Assembly: GCF_963921235.1 (NCBI RefSeq)
Contig: NC_086102.1
Span: forward strand, 141,732,001-141,796,000
Source of the DNA: Mobula hypostoma
Lineage: Eukaryota
Direction of reading: 5' to 3'
DNA: 64,000 nt
The position numbers and the translations under genes were made by a program. The notes under the pieces were generated by a model. That model saw nothing but the letters and a program-made list of their open reading frames with translations. It was not told where the DNA came from and searched no databases. Every line of letters begins with the position of its first letter. Position 1 is the stretch's first letter. Below are positions 12,171-23,940 of the stretch, in pieces.

Positions 12171-13284
12171 CAGTGGACAATATCATTCAGAGGCAATGAA
12201 ACCATTTCTGAAAAAAACAAGCAGAAAATCAACTTATTTCAGTCAAGGAACCTGCTTTGTTTTGAAATACTTATGCTAAAGAAGATGTTATCAAAATAAT
12301 CCTTGCCTTATTTCCTAAGTACTTTTAAAGCAAAAACTGTCCTCTACCATCATGCATTATGAGTCAAAGTCATTACTCGTTGTGTAAACATAAACTTTGT
12401 GGTTCAGTATTTTTATTTTTTAAAAATTATTTTTATGAATGAAGTATATTTTCACTTAAAAAAGTCAGAGTCCCCTTTCATGTTGTGGCAGTGTATTCTA
12501 CAAACATCCAGATGGAGAATTCACATCAAGTCAAAGAGTCCATTGTACCACTGTTTATCCCAGTAATACTAAAGGGTGTTGGGATTTTAGATATATGCAG
12601 TCAAATTTAACCACCATACAGACCAGAAAGAATTAGTATTTTTACTGTTAATATTCTGTGCACAATAAAGCAATATGTGATGTGGTGTTCAATGCTCTGA
12701 AGTTGATCTGCTTGTGTTTGTTTTGTTTTCTGTCGTGCTGTGTACTGGCAACAACTGAACCCAGGTGCGCAGGAATGACAAGGTCACATGTAGAAACAGA
12801 AACAAGAGTTTATACACAGGAATTCCAACAGAACATCAGGGGCTGGACTGACCAACACCGCTAGAAAAATCTTTCTCAGAGCAAAAACATGCAGTAAGTG
12901 CTAATGGGGAGTCTGCTTTAAATAATCACAGTACATGGAAAACCCTTGCCAGTTAAAATAAACTTGACACGATTCATTTGGACCATAAGGGCTTAATTAC
13001 TCTAGTTAAGACAACAATTAAGAAATAGAGGTGTTTAAGAAATGTCAGAGGTTCGCTGCACAGGCTTCTATAGGTGGATGTCTTGATGCCTTCTGACGCA
13101 TCTATGATGGTCCCATTGAGCTCTCTGGAAGATTTCTTTTCTGACTATCTTCCTTACTACATCGGCCTCTTTCATTAACGATTCTTCCTGTCCTGGTTTT
13201 TCCTTCTTCATTAGGATAAATCTATCAAGTTCCACACTCAATGCTATAATGAAGTCCTGTGGCTAAAGGATTCAGTCCACAGCA

Positions 13285-13410
13285 GGATGGCAGAGTGCTG
13301 CAGCAGTTAGTACTGCTGCTTCACAACTGCAGGGATGCAGGTTCAATCCTGACCTCAGGTGCGGAGTGTGTGTATTGAGCCAGTGACTGTGTAGCTTTCT
13401 TGTGCTCTAG
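13285..13410 (+). mobile_element. tRNA-derived SINE head (paralogues ~2010-2120, ~31545-31650)
   Basis: A-box-like tggcagagtgctgcagcagttag; B-box GGTTCAATCC at 13340-13349. Confidence 0.6.
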
Positions 13411-13548
13411 TTTATGGGGGCTTGAAGCTGTAAGAGACCTAAAGGGGCAATCGGACTGAAAAAGATCTTGTGAATTTGAGGGTTTCTGAGGTTGGAGGGG
13501 TATATCTGAATGATTGACTAGCTTTAGTAGTCACATGTACATCGAGAC

Positions 13549-15281
13549 TTTGGTTCTGTCTTCACTAAGGAGGACATAAATAATCTTCCAGAAATAGTAA
13601 AGGACAGAGGGTCCAGTGAGATGGAGGAACTGAGTAAAATACATGTTAGTAGGGAAGTGGTGTTAGGTAAATTGAAGGGATTGAAGGCAGATAAATCCCC
13701 AGGGCCAGATGGTCTGCATCCTAGAGTGCTTAAGGAAGTAGCCCAAGAAATAGTCGATGCATTAGTGATAATTTTTCAAAACTCCTTAGATTCTGGACTA
13801 GTTCCTGAGGATTGGAGGGTGGCTAATGTAACCCCACTTTTTAAAAAAGGAGGGAGAGAGAAACCGGGGAATTATAGACCGGTTAGCCTAACGTCGGTGG
13901 TGGGGAAACTGCTGGAGTCAGTTATCAAGGATGTGATAACAGCACATTTGGAAAGCGGTGAAATGATCGGACAAAGTCAGCATGGATTTGTGAAAGGAAA
14001 ATCATGTCTGACGAATCTCATAGAATTTTTTGAGGATGTAACTAGTAGAGTGGATAGGGGAGAACCAGTGGATGTGGTATATTTGGATTTTCAAAATGCT
14101 TTTGACAAGGTCCCACACAGGAGATTAGTGTGCAAACTTAAAGCACACGGTATTGGGGGTAAGGTATTGGTGTGGGTGGAGAATTGGTTAGCAGACAGGA
14201 AGCAAAGAGTGGGAATAAACGGGACCTTTTCAGAATGGCAGGCGGTGACTAGTGGGGTACTGCAAGGCTCAGTGCTGGGACCCCAGTTGTTTACAATATA
14301 TATTAATGACTTGGATGAGGGAATTAAATGCAGCATCTCCAAGTTTGCGGATGACACGAAGCTGGGTGGCAGTGTTAGCAGTGAGGAGGATGCTAAGAGG
14401 ATGCAGGGTGACTTGGATAGGTTGGGTGAGTGGGCAAACTCATGGCAGATGCAATTTAATGTGGATAAATGTGAAGTTATCCACTTTGGTGGCAAAAATA
14501 GGAAAACAGATTATTATCTGAATGGTGGCCGATTAGGAAAAGGGGAGGTGCAACGAGACCTGGGTGACATTATACACCAGTCATTGAAAGTGGGCATGCA
14601 GGTACAGCAGGCGGTGAAAAAGGCGAATGGTATGCTGGCATTTATAGCGAGAGGATTCGAGTTCAGGAGCAGGGAGGTACTACTGCAGTTGTACAAGGCC
14701 TTGGTGAGACCACGCCTGGAGTATTGTGTGCAGTTTTGGTCCCCTAATCTGAGGAAAGACATCCTTGCCATAGAGGGAGTACAAAGAAGGTTCACCAGAT
14801 TGATTCCTGGGATGGCAGGACTTTCATATGAAGAAAGACTGGATGAACTGGGCTTGTACTCGTTGGAATTTAGAAGATTGGGGGGGGATCTGATTGAAAC
14901 GTATAAGATCCTAAAGGGATTGGACAGGCTAGATGCAGGAAGATTGTTCCCGATGTTGGGGAAGTCCAGAACGAGGGGCCACAGTTTGAGGATAGAGGGG
15001 AAGCCTTTTAGGACCGAGATTAGGAAAAACTTCTTCACACAGAGAGTGATGAATCTGTGGAATTCTTTGCCACAGGAAACAGTTGAGGCCAGTTCATTGG
15101 TTATATTTAAGAGGGAGTTAGATATGGCCCTTGTGGCTACGGGGATCAGGGGGTATGGAGGGAAGGCTGGGGCGGGGTTCTGAGTTGGAGGATCAGCCAT
15201 GATCATAATAAATGGTGGTGCAGGCTCGAAGGGCCGAATGGCCTACTCCTGCACCTATTTTCTATGTTTCTATGTTTCTAT
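13549..15281 (+). mobile_element. Young 5'-truncated CR1 LINE (open RT frame 13621-15183)
   Basis: RT motifs [33 protein letters not shown] and C-terminal LWNSLP. Tail is (TTCTATGT)n. Putative TSD GAGAC at 13544-13548 and 15282-15286. Confidence 0.95.
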
Positions 15282-16075
15282 GAGACAATGAAACAGTGAA
15301 ATGCATCATTTGTGACAAAAACCTTCACAGTCCGAGGATGTACTGGGGTTAGTCTGCAAGTGTTGTCACCAGTATAGGATATCGACAACTTACTCACCAG
15401 GATGCCTTTGCAATGTGAAGCACCAGGAGGAAACCCTCGGGTCATGCAGAGAACGTACAAACTACTTACAGAAGGCTTAGGAATTGAACCCTAATCTCAG
15501 GCGCTGTACAGCTTGTCGCTAACTGCTATCCAACTGTGCTGCTCCAGAATCCGCGGCTGGACATTGAAAGAAATTTTGTTGAAACATCTCTCTGACAGAC
15601 GCCTCCTGGTCCCCACAGAGAGCCAGATTCAATAGCTCGGGTGTTTGCACCTCCTCTCTCCTCTCTCATCGGTTTCCTCGGGTGCCTTGATTTCCTCACA
15701 CATCAGTACATTAATTACTTATCACAAATTGTCCCTGACCAGTAAATTAGCGTTAAATCCAGGAGTCGTCAATCAGAGTGTGGGGAGAATAAAAATATTG
15801 GGATTAATTTAGGATTCGTGTACATGGGTGGTTGATAGTGTCCCATGGACTCACGTGGGCTAAAGTGCCTGTACTGTGACTGTGACTCTACGACATATCG
15901 CGGCACTGCAACTTTTTGGAACTCTAGAATGATCCCTAGCATAGAATGAAAAAGGCTAATTTACTGCCTTGCAGAATTAAATTGCCTACTGCAAAACAAA
16001 AACAATCAATGGATCATTGATAAGTCTCGTATCCTCAGGTGCTTTTTCAGCATTCACGGGACATATGTTGTTTTC

Positions 16076-16147
16076 TGCTGACCTCAGGTTTGCATCGTCT
16101 ACATTACAAAGGCATTGCTGGAAAAGCCTTTCTGTCCAGTATATAAA
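16076..16147 (+). promoter_or_regulatory. Gene 2 promoter: MARE-like site and TATA box
   Basis: TGCTGACCTCAGG 16076-16088; TATATAAA 16140-16147; near-identical to the gene 1 promoter. Confidence 0.7.
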
Positions 16148-16197
16148 TACCCAGTTACAGTTACATGTAGTCAGTTGGTTATTGGTCGTACACCACA

Positions 16198-19100
16198 ATG
16201 GGAAAGGCAAGACCACTTTTCATTTTGTGAATTATATTGTGACCATCATTTGTTCCTAGTCTGATTTAAGCTATTTATTTCTTCCCACAGATCATCTTCT
16301 ACGAGGATAGGAACTTCCAGGGTCGGCACTATGAGTGCAGCTCCCACTGTGCCGACCTCTCCCCTTACTTCAGCCGCTGTAACTCCATCCGTGTCAAGAG
16401 TGACTGGTGGGTGGTGTACGAGAGACCCAACTACATGGGATACCAGTATGTCCTGAGCAGGGGAGAGTATCCTGACTACCAGCGCTGGATGGGATTCGAT
16501 GACTGTGTCAAGTCCTGTCGCAGTTACCCACCTGTAAGTTGCTGTTGGTGACTGAGGTATTCCAAGCCACTTGGCACACTGCTAGAAAATGGCTGACATT
16601 TGCAATAATTGCACTTGTGCACAAGCTCGTTCTCTGAAATGTGCAATGTGAAAGCTAGACTTAGCTGCTGGCATTTAGAGACAAGTTTGGAGTCAGTAGA
16701 TATTTGTTAAAGGAGTCAACAGAATTTAAGTTGGTACAGGGAATGAGTGAATCTGGTGAGAAGGATCAATGCCCGATTGCTTTTGACAGATGGAGCTGTA
16801 TCCGTGATTGTGAGGGCACTGGGTAAAGAATCGGAATCAGAATCAGGTTTATTATCACTGGTGTATGATTCACTGGCTTTTTATGCTGAAACTACATTAA
16901 TGTCTACGCACAGGATGCTGGAGGAACTCAGCCAGTCAGGCAGCATTTGTCAGGCCTGATAAAGAGTCTCAAACTGAAATGTTGACTCTGCAAGTTCTGC
17001 CTGACGCCTTGAGTTCCTCCAGCATCTTGTGTGTTGATCCAGATTACAGACACTGCCCTCTCTCGTGTCTTCTCTATTAAAATCTAGTTGGGCCACATGA
17101 ATACTTGGTCAGTTTCTGCTAATTTTATCGAACACCATGTAGACAATAGTAGCACCTGGACACTGGTGGCTCTGCAAAATTAAAAACATAATATTATTGC
17201 ATGATTTTAGTGAACCACTTTGAGGTTAAAGCATTGGATGAGGCTGTTTGGCCCATGTTTTGCATCCATGTTAGCTATATGTTGAGCATTCTGTCCTATC
17301 CCATCATTTGCAAATTCTTTCAAGATCATCTGGTCCAATTTGGCCAAGTTACGAGAACCAATAATGTAATTCAGGCTCCAGGTGGCACCTAGATTGGAAT
17401 GAGGGATGGCTGTGTTATTGTTTTCAACAATCACACCCCGTGTAGAGTTATACTTATCCCTCTGACAGAGGAAGTGAGGAAATAGTGTTACGTACCCCGT
17501 AACTGGGTTGCCAAACCAGCAGAAATGGATCACTCAGTTGGAGTCTGGAGTACTAGAACTAAGAAAGTTTTATTAAAGAAACAAGCAACACAGTAATCGA
17601 AAGGATAATAAATGCAACAATTCAACAATGATAACCACACATGTGCACAGAATTAAGATAACAGCATCAATCAAGCTCTATCGTTGTCTAGGGGTAAATG
17701 ACCAATTTCAAAATGACTCAAAGTTCAGTCCAGTTTGTAGTTCAGTTCGCAGTAATCGTTGCCATGGCGATGGACAAGGTGGGGGAAGAGAGACAGAATA
17801 GGAACAACTGATCATTCAGAACACTGCTTCACTCACAGACCAGCAAGATGGCTCACAGACCAGCGAGATGGCTCACAAACAGCTTTTGGGCAGGTCCTTG
17901 GTGATGTCACCTGAGGTCACCGACTGTGACCCCTCCTCCAGATGCGGTCGATCCTCTGCAGTGAACCCGGCACCCAGGCAAGGGCGGACACACACCGGGT
18001 TCCCGCTGATCGTACCTTTCCACCCTGTGCGTTGTCCGGTACTTCTCACCACTCGTGAGAGGCGCACCGCTTCCAGGGTCTCGTTACCTCGGGTGGCGTG
18101 TGTGCCTGTCTTAGCGAACCTGTCCCTTTTTATCCCCCTGCTGGGGTATCGCCTGTCCATCACTTCAAACAGTTCAGGGTTCAAAGGGGGGAGCCGCTCC
18201 AGACAGCTCTCTCTCCCACATCCCTTCATTACACATCTCCAGACGCTGCTCCATTGTTCCTTATCTCTCCTTCCCCTGAGGGCAGGTGGCAGACCAACTG
18301 CTGATGCCACTGATGCTAGCCCAGGCCAGCAAACATCTTAATTTTATGTGTATTCTCGTAACAATAGAAACTGAAAACGCTCAGATCAACTTGCATTCTT
18401 TTTTATATTAGCAAGTAAACCTATTTACAGACACAGACCAGCACCTACTGTAAGCTCATTTACCATGATGCTTTTACACAAGTTTTACATTAATTACATC
18501 ATGTTATCTCTATTGGAACTAAATTCTGTAAACTTAGTTCTTCTTGGTAACCCTATGTTCAGAAACCGAGAACTCACTCTTCAAACAGGTATTATATTTT
18601 ATAGATATACAAAAGATGTATCAACTTCTGATATATAATTATGACATTAAGAATATACTGAGGATACATTAAAATCCTTAAAATACCTTTCATGAGATCT
18701 ACAGCCAAAATGTATTTTTTTAGAGAATCATGAGAGTCCTGTAGAAACAGTGAACTCCATCAATCTTAAATTATGATTGTCTATAGTTTAACTGCCATCA
18801 ATGTGGAGATAAATTTTCTCCAAGTTATTTCATCAGGGATAACCTTGAAATAGAATTCATTGTTGATCATACTGAGGTTTTATACAACTACATCTCCCTG
18901 AAATATCTGTGTTAATTATATGTATTTTGAGATTATTATACTGTATTAAGAATGCAATAAAATCCTTTCTTCCAGTACCGAGGAGGCACCTACAGGATGA
19001 GGATTTATGAGAGGCCTGACTTTGGAGGCCAGATGATGGAATTCATGGATGACTGTCCCTCTGTCTACGATCGTTTCCGTTACCGTGACATCCACTCCTG

Positions 19101-19251
19101 TCAGGTGATGGATGGTTACTGGATCTTCTATGAACATCCCAACTACAGAGGCCGACAGTATTTCCTGAGACTCGGGGAATACAGGAAATACATTGACTGG
19201 GGTGGCTACAACTCAGCCATTGGGTCCTTCAGGCGCATGAGGGACTTCTAG
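16198..19251 (+). CDS. CRYG: Gamma-crystallin, gene 2 (exons 16198-16206, 16291-16533, 18976-19251; 175 aa; GC-AG intron 1)
   Basis: Same exon sizes as gene 1 and an open frame throughout. Exon 1 donor is AAG|gcaaga. Exon 2 [23 protein letters not shown]...SCRSYPP; exon 3 [19 protein letters not shown]...[13 protein letters not shown] at 16140, AATAAA at 19298-19303. Confidence 0.93.
17486..18363 (-). mobile_element. Solo LTR (878 bp) in intron 2 of gene 2
   Basis: Termini TGTTACG...CGTAACA (7-bp inverted repeat); perfect 4-bp TSD ATAG at 17482-17485 and 18364-18367; AATAAA on the - strand at 17568-17573. The site is empty in genes 1, 3 and 4. Confidence 0.88.
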
Positions 19252-21834
19252 TTGACTCTCAATAACCAGCATATTATTCTGACAACATATTTCAGAAAAT
19301 AAAATCTCCTTTGCAAGACCCTTGTCACTGTAATTCATTTATTTTGATGTTGCTATAACTTTGTGTAAAACATACAAAATAGCAATGGTACTTAAATCTT
19401 ATGTAGATGCTTGTAACATATTGACCTTAATTCAGGATTATTTCTCATTTTAGCTGCTATCATTGTGGAGATAATTTTTATCTAGAGACATGCTGAACAT
19501 GTAAATCATTATTGATCAGCTCATCTTCCCCTATTGAGAAGATAGTGATAAATTGTCACAACTCTGTGGATTCCTGCTCTTATTGATAGATACAACATGG
19601 AAACAAGCCTTTTGGCCCACTGAGTCAACTACCCACAAGACTGATCCTTCATTGATCCCATTTTAAAAAATCACCTCAAATACTCACCATCTCACCCAAA
19701 TCTTAGTCAATGGCTGATTTGCCTACCATACAGCTCACCGCTCAGATCTAGAAGGAAACCAGAGCACCTAGAGAAAAACACTGGATCACAATGAGAATGT
19801 GCAAACTTCACATAGACATCCCGCTAGGTTGCTGACATTGAGAGGCAATGTTTCTACCAGATGCACCACTGCACTGCCTCTTCCCACCTGTCACAAGCTA
19901 GATACATATCCTCCATTTTTGCATCAGTGTTTTTCAGACATTTACGGGCTAAAAGGCAAGCGTCCCATTAGCTTCTTTAGTGAGAACACTTGTCACAATC
20001 TACGAATTAGAGAGACTCCATTTTTAATAAAAATGTTCCCTTCACAACCAATTTCCAGCCATGTTGAATGGACACTTCCAATTCCAAGCAATTTTATTTG
20101 GATTACGATTTGTGAGGGATAAATGCAGTCTGGAAGCTGACATTGACAGCTGTCAGTCATGCAAGTGACCTTGAACTGTAAGATAGAGAGAAGGTAGCCA
20201 GTATAAAGAAGGACTGGAGTAAGGGGTGGCAGATAGATCCTGGTGAAGGGATAAGTGAAATTCCCAAGTATTTCAGCTGAGAATGGTGATGGGGAGTGTC
20301 AAAGGAATTCAGAAAGTTAAAGAGTGAAAACAATATTGATAATGATATGGGTAAGCAGGATGTGAAGAGGTTAGAAGTCCAACTAGAGGTAGAGCAGGGG
20401 AAAATGGAAGAAGTCCAGAAGTGAAGGTTTATTATCTGAATCTATCCGTCATCTCTTTCTTGACACCTTCCTCCCTGCTTATTTTCCAGCATCTGCAGCG
20501 TTTTCTATCTCCACATATCACTTTCTATCCTCTGTCTCTCCCTCCTGGCTCCACCTTCCATCATTTCCCCCTCTCTTCTTATCTGTCTATACGTATCGCC
20601 CACCAGCCACTGTCTCGCAACCTCCACCCTGATTTTCCCCATACATGATTCCATATAACCTTCATCCCGTTTCCCACCTGGTTTCTCCTGCTGCTTGCCA
20701 GCCCCTGCTTCACCTCTCCCCCTCAACTTTAATACTGGGTATCTCTCCTTTACACTCATTCCCGGTGCAGGGCATTGACCCAAACTATCGACCACCACTT
20801 TACCTCCACAGGAAAGCCTCAACACCCAACCAGTCAACGGTAAATCAACCACTTTCCTCTATGAACTTCTTTGATGAGTTGGACAGGGAATGCTGATGAC
20901 AGTATTAAATACACATATGGTGCGTGTACTGGGAGAACCAATTACGGTGTAAGGCGTTAATTTGAAGACAGAGCTAACATACAGCTTCCACATGGTGAAC
21001 TTCGCAAGCTGAAGTGCACGTTCATCGGCTAAACCAGGAAACTCCCTACAGAAAACAGTGGACAGAAAGCAAATATATCTGTATAGTTCATTAACTAAGC
21101 CTCTAATGACCAGCAATCAAAGCTGCAATTTGTAGAAACAAAGTTTCCATATCCCTTTTCAGATGCTGCCTGACCCTTTGAGTTCTTCCAGCAATTTCCT
21201 TAATGAAGAAAGTGAATGAGTTTGGTAGAAGCAAAGAAAGTGCAAAGGACAGAAACATTGGTGGGAGTGATTTCAGTATGGGGCCAATTGAAGTAGCTGA
21301 TCAGAAGTATGACTCAAAAAACCATTTATGTTTCTCTTATTTCTGTTATTAGGATATATGTGGTTTCCAGGGGCTGTAGCACCTTTGATGAACGCGCTTG
21401 TGTCCATTCTGAGGCAGCTGTCTGTCCTTTGGTCTTTACTGGACACCTAGCTCTCCCCGTGGCCCCAAGTAGCTGTTTGCGTGTGGCACAGGCCACACAT
21501 CTGTGCACCGCTTCGACAGGCAGACTAAGTGAAGTGAGGGTAGCCGGCGGGCCTCAGACCTGGTGAGATTAGGGTCACGCCTGTCCTAGCAGGCACAGTC
21601 AGCTCCAACAGACTGGACAGATGAAACTAACAGTGTGATCCAATGGCCAGGAAGAAGGTTCAACAACAGTTTGTGGAGAGTAAAGAGCATGACCGGCAAC
21701 AGAAGAAATCGTGGTCATCCACTGCAACCAAAGTAGACCCCAGATGTGATGACTACTTGTGCTGTTGGACATGGGCTTCTGAGTTGAGATCCATACATTA
21801 GAGTTAGTGTTCAGTCAGAGTTGGATATCAGGTA

Positions 21835-23073
21835 GTGAGAATACTATTTATCGACTACCGCTCAGCACACAATAGCATCATCCCCTCCAAACTAATAAAT
21901 CAGCTCCAAGACGTTGACCTCAATACCTCCTCATGCAATTTGATCCTGGATTTCCTCACTTGTAGACCCCAGTCAGTTTGGATTGGCAACAAGATCTCCT
22001 CCGTCATCTCCATCAGCACAGATGCACCACAGGGCTGTATGTTTAGCCCTCCGCACTACTCGCTTTACGCTTATGACCCTGTGGCTAAGCACAGCTTCAA
22101 TGTCATATCAAAGTTGGCTGACAGCACCACTGTCATCCGAATCAAAGATGGTGATGTATTAGCATACAAGAGGGAGATTGAAAATTAGGCTGAGTAGTGC
22201 CATAGTAACAACCACTGACACAATGTCAGCAAGACTAAGGAACTGATTGTAGACTTCAGGAGAGGGAAACCAGAGGTCCATAGGCCAGTCCTCATTGAAA
22301 TTCAAAGGTGAAGAGGGTTAGCGTCTTTAAATTCCCAAGTGTTATTATTTCAGAGGACGTGTCCTGGACCCAGCACGTAAGTGTAATTGTGAAGATAGCA
22401 TTGCAGCATCTCTACTTCCTTTGGAGTTTATGGAGATTTGGCATGACATATAAAACTCAGAAAAACTTCTATAGGTGTGTAGTGGAGAGTTTATTGACTG
22501 GCTACGTCATGGACTAGTATGGAAGCACCAATGCCTCTAAACAGAAAATCCTACTAAAGGTAGTGGATTCAGCCCAGTACCTCACGGATGAAGCCCTTCC
22601 AAGTATTGAGCACATCTACATGAAACACTGATGTAGGAAAGCAGCATCCATAATCAGAGATCCTCTCCACCCAGGTCATACTCTCTTCTCACTGCTGTCA
22701 GCAGGCTGAAGGTACAAAAGCCTTAGGGTTTGCAACACCAGGTTCAAGAACAGTTACTATCCTTAACCATCAGACTCTAGAAGAAATGGGATAATGACAC
22801 TCACTTGCCCATCCATTGAGATGTTCCCACAATCTGTGATCTGACTTTAAGGACTCTTTATCTCAGTAAATCATGTTCTCATTATTTATTGCTATTTATT
22901 TGTATTTACATTTGCAGTTTGTTGTCTTTTCCACTGTGATTAATCTTTCATTGACCCTGTTATAGTTACTGTTCTATAGATTTGTTGTACGCACGCAGGA
23001 AAATGAACCTCAGGGTTATAAATGATATGTACCTTGTTTGATTAATAAACTTACTATGAACTTTGAAACTTGA
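21835..23073 (+). mobile_element. Rex1/Babar-type LINE remnant
   Basis: [22 protein letters not shown]...[12 protein letters not shown]...APQGCMFSP; same tail as the 8572-10524 copy. Confidence 0.85.
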
Positions 23074-23940
23074 CTCACTTCCTGACACTCCACACTTTTT
23101 CTAGGCACATTCTCAAGGCACATCATGATATTCTCCGCTTGGCTCGATAAATGCAGTTCGCTCCAACAGCTCTTATGAAGCTTGACACCGTCAAAGTATT
23201 CTTCTTGGTTGGCTCCTTATTAATCATCCAAAATATTCATTCAGAGGATTGATACAAAGTGGCTGCGGTGTGTATCATCTACAAAAATGCACTGCAGATA
23301 CTTGCCCAGGCTGTTTGCATAATATTTTGCAAAGGTCAGGAGAATACTACCATCTGTAGCTTCCCTTCTATATCACAAAGCTCACTGATTTGGAAACCTA
23401 TCACTTGTCCTTCATCGCTAATGGGTTTAGATCCTGAAACTTCCTGCCAACATCTCTGTGGGAGAACTTCACTAGAATGATTGCGGGGGGTTAGAAAAGC
23501 TGTTCATCTTCATTTTCTCAAGGATAGTTAGAGATGGGTATTAAAGCTGGCCTTGCCAGTAACAAGTTATGAGAAAGGAATACATTTTTAAAAAGTTATT
23601 GCTTGCAAATAATAGTTAATTTTGTTAAAATAAACTGTAACAATGTATAAATTTTATAGTAGGAAATGTTCCCTATATTTTTTGTTGTTGACCAGTTCAG
23701 CAAAAGGTAAACACGAGTAACATGTGTGTCTACTTTTTACACTCATTCAAGATTAAAAATTAAAGAAACACTTACTAAAAAAGCTAAAATTTAGAAAGAA
23801 TTAATGTGACATTCTTTTCTGTGGTGAGGATTGCTATGTACAGGATGGCTGTTTGCTCAGCAACAAAGTCACAGTGACTGTTGCATAAATAATCCATTCA
23901 GAGATTTTGAATGATTTTGTGAAGCATCGTTTCGTTCTAT

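Noticed and set aside
13285-13360. tRNA gene
   Set aside because: A and B boxes are present but there is no cloverleaf, and the sequence continues into a SINE body.
14514-15206. 230-aa antisense ORF (and equivalents 24016-24672, 25930-26706)
   Set aside because: These are shadow frames on the opposite strand of the CR1 ORF2, with no independent gene signals.
17868-18341. 157-aa and 145-aa ORFs in gene 2 intron 2
   Set aside because: GC-rich solo-LTR sequence with no recognisable domain.
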